From Desulfobacterales bacterium (GTDB taxonomy: Bacteria; Desulfobacterota; Desulfobacteria; Desulfobacterales; UBA2245), in the NCBI GenBank assembly GCA_040771865.1, contig JAXGZF010000005.1, positions 1 to 64,000 of the forward strand: a DNA stretch of 64,000 bases. Direction: 5' to 3'. This document shows positions 9,958-16,603 of the stretch, piece by piece. Position 1 is the first letter of the stretch. Each line of letters begins with the position of its first letter. Position numbers and translations under genes: made by a program. Below the pieces are notes generated by a model. It was given only the letters and a program-made list of their open reading frames with translations. It was not told the DNA's origin and made no database searches.

Positions 9958-11646
9958 ATGAGTCGTAGAATATTTTTTTTAATATCAATTATATCAATTA
10001 TAATTGTGACTTTTTTTGGAAATGTTTTTGCTTTAAATTACGCAATAGTCTACGACGAGCTGCATCGTGTCATCCGTCTGGATTATTCGGATGGTACAAA
10101 TGTTATCTACAACTACGACAATTTAGGCAATCGCACCTCCAAAATCGTCACGGTTGCCAACACTACCATCGATGCGCAATTCACCTCCGACCTGACCAAC
10201 GGGTTGGCGCCGTTGCAGGTCGCCTTCACCGACCAGTCAGTTGGCAATATCACATCCTGGGAGTGGAATTTCGGCGACGGTCAAACCAGTACGGAGCAGC
10301 ATCCTGTCCACAGCTATGCCGACCCTGGAACTTATACGGTCAGCCTTACCGTAAACGGGCCGGACGGCTCGGACGCCATCAGCATTCCAAGCTATATCAC
10401 GGTCGGCGACGGTCAGGGCAGCCCGGTACTTTCCGTTTCTCCATCGACTCGAAGCGTTTCCGCAGGCGCTGGATCCACAATCTTCAGCGTTGACAACACA
10501 GGCAGCGGAGTTATGAACTGGACCGCGGTTTCCAACGATTCGTGGCTGACGATTGCCGGCGGCAGCCCCGGCACGGACAGCGGCGTCATTACGGTCAGCT
10601 ACACAGCTAACGACGGCGCGGTGCGGACCGGATCAGCAACCGTGACAGCCCCGGGCGCTTCAAACAGTCCTCAGACCGTAACGGTCTCCCAGGCCCAGGG
10701 CGCCATCGATCTGGATCTGTCAGCAAACTCGCCGGCGGGCGGGGAGGTCTGGACCCTCGGCTCGACATACGCCATAAGCTGGACGGCATCTTCACCCTTC
10801 GGCATCAACGAGATTCGGTTATATTATCATTACAATGGGGAAACCCTTTCCATTGTGACGCTCGATGGTCAAGAAACGGAGTATGCCTGGACCATTCCCG
10901 GCAATGGCGCTTATATTTCGCAGGACGCTAGAATACGAATCGTTGCGTTCGACGGCAACGGCGGCCAGGCGGAAATTTACAGCCCCTCTTTCAGCGTTCA
11001 GGACGGCGAATCTCCGCCGCCCCCCTGGCAGGTTCCGGAAAAGTTGACAACATCCGATAACAGCCAGAACTACATTTCGCAATCGAATTCCCGGGGCGCC
11101 ATCGCAACCGACAGCCTCGGGAATGTCCACCTGGCGTATCTGTTCACCCAGGACGATCTCAGCGACATTGTATCGGGCGGCAGCGGAAACAGAATCATAA
11201 CCCAGAAGATTTTCTATCGGAAAAAGACCGGCGGCACATGGTCCGCTCCAACCGAGCTGTACAGCCTGACGTCGACAACGGACTCGAATTTGATTGGGCA
11301 TCGTCCCTTCAGCGAGCTTCGCATTGCCGTGGACGCACAGGACAACCCGCATATTGCCTGGGTGTTTGGAGGCGCCAATACCGCTTCATGCGATGGGTGG
11401 AATGGAAATGAAATTTATGCCGTTTCTTTTGATGGAACAGCCTGGCTTCCGCCGGTGAATGTTTCGAACAATGCCACGTATTCCTATTTTCTCGATATCG
11501 CGGCGGATACAGCCGGCAATGTGCATTTTGTGTGGATCGACGGCAGAACCTTTGAAGCGAATAGTTGCACTTCCTCCGGAACCCGTACGGTATACCACGG
11601 CATCCGTTTTGCAAATGGCGACTTTCCGACGCGGCGCCGGTCGTAG
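9958..11646 (+). CDS. N-terminal part of a frameshifted multidomain secreted protein: signal peptide, short YD-repeat module, PKD, BACON, Ig-like, start of a beta-propeller
   Basis: RBS gaggtg; signal ending VFA|LN; YDELHRVIRLDYSDGTNVIYNYDNLGNRTS; PKD 'SWEWNFGDGQTSTEQHPVHSYADPGTYTVSLTV'; BACON 'WTAVSNDSWLTI'; repeated IA.D..GN.H..W blades. Confidence 0.85.
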   Translation: MSRRIFFLISIISIIIVTFFGNVFALNYAIVYDELHRVIRLDYSDGTNVIYNYDNLGNRTSKIVTVANTTIDAQFTSDLTNGLAPLQVAFTDQSVGNITSWEWNFGDGQTSTEQHPVHSYADPGTYTVSLTVNGPDGSDAISIPSYITVGDGQGSPVLSVSPSTRSVSAGAGSTIFSVDNTGSGVMNWTAVSNDSWLTIAGGSPGTDSGVITVSYTANDGAVRTGSATVTAPGASNSPQTVTVSQAQGAIDLDLSANSPAGGEVWTLGSTYAISWTASSPFGINEIRLYYHYNGETLSIVTLDGQETEYAWTIPGNGAYISQDARIRIVAFDGNGGQAEIYSPSFSVQDGESPPPPWQVPEKLTTSDNSQNYISQSNSRGAIATDSLGNVHLAYLFTQDDLSDIVSGGSGNRIITQKIFYRKKTGGTWSAPTELYSLTSTTDSNLIGHRPFSELRIAVDAQDNPHIAWVFGGANTASCDGWNGNEIYAVSFDGTAWLPPVNVSNNATYSYFLDIAADTAGNVHFVWIDGRTFEANSCTSSGTRTVYHGIRFANGDFPTRRRS

Positions 11647-14327
11647 ATGCGCTTTACTATGGAAATTATCCTGCCCTTTGCGGCGGGCAGAACGGTAAAA
11701 TGTACCTTATATTTACCAATAGTTCTAAAGAGATGGAATATACTTCATGGGATCAAGGGCAATGGGCCGCGCCCGAGGTTATCAGACCCGTTGCCGGAGA
11801 CTATTACTATAAAGACATTGCGGCGGATAGCGCAGGCAATATTCATGTGGTTTTTGATGAAATGCAAGAGTCCCCTTTTTCCCGCGCCATCCAATACATG
11901 TCGTTTAATGGAACGGAGTGGTCCGAACCGGAAAAAGTCTCTTTTGGCGAAGACGGTTTCGATAAGATTCCGACTCTTTCGATCAGCGAGGCGGGGGCGC
12001 CGCAGGTTGTCTGGTACATGGGCATGACTTATACTGAGGACTCCCGGCTGCTCTATCGGCAGCGGCTGGACCAGGGATGGAGCGGCGCCGTTCAGTTGAA
12101 CACCCCGTCGAGCAATCCCGAGTATGCAGGGATAAATTCCGTTTCAGCGGCCATTTCAACAGGGAATGTTCTCCATCTTGTTTGGCAGGCTGTTTACAAC
12201 GGCTGCAGCGAGGTTTACTATGCCGCCGCGAGCATTTCTGCGTCTGATTTGGTAAATCCGGGCGCGATTGCCGTTCCCGCCACCGACCCTGACGGCAACT
12301 ATTCTGTGACCTGGGGGCCTTCTCCTACCGAAGGAGTCGCCTATGTTCTGGAAGAGGCAACGGACAGCGCGTTTACAGAAGGACTTCGAACAGCCTATAC
12401 TGGAACGGAGCCAGGCGCCGACATCAGCGGGCGTGAAATCGGAACCACATATTATTACCGGGTAAAAGCCGTCAAGCCGGGTTTCGCGGACAGCGGATGG
12501 ACCCTCGGCGCCAATGGTTGCGAGGTGAGTTTAGGCCCCGGCGGATCAAGCTGCGTTGTATCGGGTCGTGTGACGGTCAACAATCTTCCGGCCGGCTGGA
12601 CTTATGGCGAATCGACTATTTGTTTTTCCGATGGAGTTCACCCCGATGTCGGCGTTCAAACGGACGCGGACGGCAACTACAGCGCCGCCCTTTTCCCGTC
12701 CACGTACGAAGTTCGTTTGGGTAGCAATTGGTGGAATTATAATGGAGGCGAGTATATAGGTATATCTTATTCAGCGCATTCCAACTTCAGCGTATCGTCC
12801 GACGCCGTTTTGGACATTGTCGTTCCAACCGTGCTTCTGTCCGGCGTCGTTTACGACAGCAACGGATCGCCGGTGCCGGACACTCGGGTCGAATGTTACT
12901 ATGATGGGGGAAGCTCATATTGGACGACATCCGCCGACGGGTCATTCAAACTTCTTCTTCTGCCCGGCACCCATACGCTGACCGTTCGTCCTCCGGCCGC
13001 CTTGTATCCTCCATTTTATCTGCAAGATGTTTCATTTTTGGACAATACGGTGCGGAACATCATATTGGGCGTTCTACCCCTGTCGCCGGTACCCGATACC
13101 GGCCAGACCCAATGTTACGACGCGGCCGGAAATGTGATTCCCTGCCCCCAGCCGGGCGAGGCGTTTTACGGCCAGGACGGCAATTATACCATCAACCCGC
13201 CCTCCTATACCAAGCTGGATGCCAGCGGCAACGACCTGCCGGAATCGGCCGAATCCTGGGCCATGGTGCGCGACAACGTCACCGGGCTGGTCTGGGAGGT
13301 CAAGCAGAACAAGGACGAAATCCAAGATTATACCAACCCCCATGACGCGGACAATACCTACACATGGTACGACAGCAACCCGGCCACCAACGGCGGCTAT
13401 GCCGGCACTCCGGGGGACGGCACCGACACCGAAGATTTCATCGCCGCGCTGAATGCGGAAAACTTCGGCGGGTATTCTGACTGGCGCCTGCCGACGCCCC
13501 GCGAGCTTAGCAGCATCGAGAATTACGGCCGCTACAATCCAACCATCAATCGAGACTTTTTTCCGGACACGCAACCGTCCGACTACTGGTCGTCTACTAC
13601 CTTCGTCGCCAACTTCGTCCCCAACTTTACCGAGGTCGCCTGGTTCGTGGCTTTCAAATATAGCGGCAGCAGCGACATGCTTAAGTCGGACTCCTTCTTC
13701 GTTCGGGCGGTGCGCGGCGGACAGACTTCAAACCATTTTGTCGACAACGGCGACGGTACGGTAACGGACACGGCAACCGGCTTGATGTGGCAGCAGACCA
13801 CGGCGCCAGGAACATACACCTGGCAGGAGGCCCTTTCCTATTGCGAGGGGTTGAGTCTGGCCGGCCATACGGACTGGCGGTTGCCGACCATCAATGAACT
13901 GGGATCCATCGTGGATCTCGCAGAATTCATCCCGAGCATCAATCGGGACTTTTTTCCGGACACCCAACCGTCCTACTACTGGTCGTCTACTACCAATACC
14001 GACCCCTACAATACCGTCTGCGCCAGTAGCATGGACTTTTGTTATGGCCACGAGTACAACTGGCGCGGTAAGTCGAACTCCGACTTCGTTCGGGCGGTGC
14101 GCAGCGTAAAGTCCGGGTGGCTGGATGATCCGGTAATCGGCGATCTCAACGGCAACGGCGAGGTGAATCTGACCGATGCGATTCTGGCGTTGCAGGTTGT
14201 CGTGGGCGCGAATCCTTCCGCAATCCGTTCCGATTATGCTGCATCGGGCGCGGATGTGGACGGCGACGGCAAAATCGGCCTGGCCGAGGCGATCTATGCC
14301 CTGCAGAAAACAGCGGGCCTTCGGTGA
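11565..14327 (+). CDS. C-terminal part of the same gene (homologous reading from ~11626): propeller blades, FN3, carboxypeptidase-regulatory-like modules, 2x DUF1566 (Lcl C-type-lectin-like), dockerin-like domain
   Basis: Continues the IAADSAGNIHVVF blades; FN3 'YYYRVKAV'; DUF1566 'VRDNVTGLVWE...DWRLPT..EL...YWSST...FVRAVR' twice; dockerin 'GDLNGNGEVNLTDAILALQ...ADVDGDGKIGLAEAIYALQ'. It has no signal peptide of its own. Confidence 0.85.
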   Translation: MHFLRNPYGIPRHPFCKWRLSDAAPVVDALYYGNYPALCGGQNGKMYLIFTNSSKEMEYTSWDQGQWAAPEVIRPVAGDYYYKDIAADSAGNIHVVFDEMQESPFSRAIQYMSFNGTEWSEPEKVSFGEDGFDKIPTLSISEAGAPQVVWYMGMTYTEDSRLLYRQRLDQGWSGAVQLNTPSSNPEYAGINSVSAAISTGNVLHLVWQAVYNGCSEVYYAAASISASDLVNPGAIAVPATDPDGNYSVTWGPSPTEGVAYVLEEATDSAFTEGLRTAYTGTEPGADISGREIGTTYYYRVKAVKPGFADSGWTLGANGCEVSLGPGGSSCVVSGRVTVNNLPAGWTYGESTICFSDGVHPDVGVQTDADGNYSAALFPSTYEVRLGSNWWNYNGGEYIGISYSAHSNFSVSSDAVLDIVVPTVLLSGVVYDSNGSPVPDTRVECYYDGGSSYWTTSADGSFKLLLLPGTHTLTVRPPAALYPPFYLQDVSFLDNTVRNIILGVLPLSPVPDTGQTQCYDAAGNVIPCPQPGEAFYGQDGNYTINPPSYTKLDASGNDLPESAESWAMVRDNVTGLVWEVKQNKDEIQDYTNPHDADNTYTWYDSNPATNGGYAGTPGDGTDTEDFIAALNAENFGGYSDWRLPTPRELSSIENYGRYNPTINRDFFPDTQPSDYWSSTTFVANFVPNFTEVAWFVAFKYSGSSDMLKSDSFFVRAVRGGQTSNHFVDNGDGTVTDTATGLMWQQTTAPGTYTWQEALSYCEGLSLAGHTDWRLPTINELGSIVDLAEFIPSINRDFFPDTQPSYYWSSTTNTDPYNTVCASSMDFCYGHEYNWRGKSNSDFVRAVRSVKSGWLDDPVIGDLNGNGEVNLTDAILALQVVVGANPSAIRSDYAASGADVDGDGKIGLAEAIYALQKTAGLR
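13544..13715 (+). repeat. DUF1566 C-terminal repeat copy 1 (DGR variable-repeat-like)
   Basis: 13544-13601 matches 13937-13994 at 55/58 nt and 13682-13715 matches 14069-14102 at 31/34 nt; the middle is highly divergent and rich in NNC/NNT codons. Confidence 0.7.
13937..14102 (+). repeat. DUF1566 C-terminal repeat copy 2 (DGR variable-repeat-like)
   Basis: Same conserved flanks as copy 1 (tactggtcgtctactacc ... ttcgttcgggcggtgcgc). Confidence 0.7.
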
Positions 14328-14518
14328 AAGGGAGAGAAAAGCGGTCCGGGTTGATAGGGCAGGGATTTGTCGGCGGAAAACCGCCCTGAGTTCATGTTTG
14401 TGTTGCAGCCGGCGCCTCCCTGGCTTTATTATAGGGCAGTCTGGCCGCCCATATCGATGTCCGGTTTTTTCAGGCCAGCTCTATTCCGTGCGAAAAGTAG
14501 GCGGATAAGGGTGAAAAA

Positions 14519-15961
14519 ATGATGAGCGGGCTGAAGCGCTTTGCCTCGGGCGCGGTCGGAACCTTTCTGTGGGGTCTTGTCCTGGCGGCGGCGTTTTTCG
14601 GTCCGGCGCCGGCGCCGGCTTTCCAGATGGTCATCGATGATGAGAGTTTGACCATCGACGCCGAGCGGGTCCCGCTGTCTGAAATCCTGCAACGTCTGGC
14701 TGAATCCGGGGTGCGGATCCACATCGCTCCGGATATCGGGCACGAGGTCACGGCCCGCTTTGACCGCCGCCCTCTCGCCGCCGGCCTGGCCGCGATTTTG
14801 CGTCCGCTGAACCATTCGCTGATCTGGGAAACCATTCAGACCCCCCTCGGGCCTGTGCAGCGGTTGGTTGAAATCTCGGTGTTTCGCGCCGAAGACCCCC
14901 GGCCCGGTCCTGTTGTGTCCGCATCCCGGCCGGTTCTAAAGATCCGCACCGATTCGAAGACCGGGGCCTGCTACCTGGATCGCCAGGTGATGATCGCTTT
15001 TGACCGGACCATGGATATGGCCGGTTTCAAGGCGCTTCTGTTGCGCATCGGAGGGCGTTTGATCGACGTGGATCCGGTTCTGGGCGTTTACCGCATCGCC
15101 GTTTCCGAAGACGAAGACATTCCAGGGCTCTGCCGACGCCTGGTTCTGGAACCGGGGGTGGCGGCGGCTGAGCCGAATTATGCTTATCGAATGCAGCCCG
15201 CTATTCCCCGGCCGCTCATTGACGGTCCCGTAGCCGCTTTACCCTTTCAAAGGCCGTCTTTTTTGAATGATATTGCGCCGGTTGCCGTGCTGGATAGCGG
15301 CTGGCGCGCGGATCCGGCCTATTCGAACGCCGTGGCGGCCGCTTACGACGCCCTGGCCCCGAATGCGCCCATCGACGACGCGGTAGGACACGGAACCCAG
15401 ATGGCGCTGATCGCGTCCGGTTTAATCCATCCGCTGGGGACGGAGGAGAATAGGCCGGACAGCCTTGTTCCGGTTGTGGCCGTGCGGATTTTCGACGACA
15501 ACGGCTATACCGACGGCAGCGTCTTGATGCGGGGGATCGACTTCGCCTTAAAGTCCGGCGCCCGGGTGATCAGCCTGAGCTGGGGCTCCGAAACGCCCAG
15601 CGCATTCATGGAGCAGGCCGTAAATACGGTTCGAGATCGCGGCGCCGTGGTGGTGGCGTCGGCGGGCAACGAAAATACGGGAAAACCGGTCTATCCGGCG
15701 GCTTATGAAGCGGTTGTGGGCGTGGGCGCTTTGAATCCGGAAGGCGCCGTCTGGCCCCGATCCAACCAGGGCGATTTTGTAGACCTGCTGGCGCCGGGAT
15801 TCGCCTCGCTTCCGGTGGGCAGCCAGGGCGAGGCGCCGGGGGCCTATGCCGGAACCTCCATCGCCGCCGCCTACACCGCCTGCCGCCTGGCTCTCGAACT
15901 CTCTCGAAATCCCGACGCATTGGCCGCCGAGGTTCTGGAATCCCAACTGAAATCCCGTTAG
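14519..15961 (+). CDS. S8 subtilisin-like serine peptidase with a signal peptide, an N-terminal STN/secretin-N0-like domain and a propeptide-like domain
   Basis: Catalytic motifs VAVLDSG (Asp), GHGTQMA (His), SAGNE (oxyanion Asn) and GTSIAAA (Ser). N-terminal 'LTIDAERVPLSEILQRLA...VTARFDRRPLAAGLAAIL' is STN-like. Confidence 0.88.
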   Translation: MMSGLKRFASGAVGTFLWGLVLAAAFFGPAPAPAFQMVIDDESLTIDAERVPLSEILQRLAESGVRIHIAPDIGHEVTARFDRRPLAAGLAAILRPLNHSLIWETIQTPLGPVQRLVEISVFRAEDPRPGPVVSASRPVLKIRTDSKTGACYLDRQVMIAFDRTMDMAGFKALLLRIGGRLIDVDPVLGVYRIAVSEDEDIPGLCRRLVLEPGVAAAEPNYAYRMQPAIPRPLIDGPVAALPFQRPSFLNDIAPVAVLDSGWRADPAYSNAVAAAYDALAPNAPIDDAVGHGTQMALIASGLIHPLGTEENRPDSLVPVVAVRIFDDNGYTDGSVLMRGIDFALKSGARVISLSWGSETPSAFMEQAVNTVRDRGAVVVASAGNENTGKPVYPAAYEAVVGVGALNPEGAVWPRSNQGDFVDLLAPGFASLPVGSQGEAPGAYAGTSIAAAYTACRLALELSRNPDALAAEVLESQLKSR

Positions 15962-16033
15962 AAGGCAGCCTTGCTTCATCTTCCGCAAGCCGGAAATTCC
16001 GCTTTCCGGTCGCGGCGGGCGGGGGCGTTTTTC

Positions 16034-16516
16034 TCAGTGCGTGATCCTGATCGGCGGCAGCTTTACTGTTGCCTTCAATTCCTTGAGCGCATCGCTCATC
16101 AACTGGATTTCATGAATCTGAATTTGCGTCCGGTCTGCCTGGGTTTTTTGGACCACCTCGAATGTCAGGGTGAAGATGGGGAATTTTTCTCCCTTGATTC
16201 CGGCGGCGCCGGCCATGACCAGGATGAGTCGCCCGGGTTTTTTGTCGTTGACGATGTGCATCAGGGGTGCCGTGTGCGAGGTCTTGTTCCCGCCTTTGTA
16301 TTGTAAAACCTTTGGATCGTAGGTCATCGCCAGCTTGACGCCGGCCAGGTTGTCCGCCTGATCGAGCGTCAGAGGAACGGTGATCGTCTCGCCGGGTTTG
16401 GCCTGAATGTCCGGAATGGAAAGCTCGACGCCCCATGCCGTGGACAGGGACGAAAGAAAAAAGAGTCCGAAGATCAGGAATCCGAACAACCTCGCCGCCG
16501 TTTGTATCATCGCCAA
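16034..16516 (-). CDS. Secreted single-domain cohesin-like protein
   Basis: RBS aaggag; signal ending AWG|VE; 'LSIPDIQAKPGETITVPLTLDQADNLAGVKLAMTYDPKVLQY...PGRLILVMAGAAGIKG...IFTLTFEV' follows the cohesin pattern. Confidence 0.8.
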   Translation of the reverse strand: MAMIQTAARLFGFLIFGLFFLSSLSTAWGVELSIPDIQAKPGETITVPLTLDQADNLAGVKLAMTYDPKVLQYKGGNKTSHTAPLMHIVNDKKPGRLILVMAGAAGIKGEKFPIFTLTFEVVQKTQADRTQIQIHEIQLMSDALKELKATVKLPPIRITH

Positions 16517-16603
16517 AACGCTCCTTGATTCAAGTACATAGAGTAGCGATCATACGTGAATTTCATTACAAGGGCAATGGTTTCCTGACGGCTTTGCAAA
16601 AAC

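Noticed and set aside
3222..16600. DGR template repeat, reverse transcriptase or avd gene near the DUF1566 gene
   Set aside because: I found no third, AAC-rich copy of the repeat in the intergenic regions and no ORF with RT motifs in the window, so a complete DGR is not claimed.
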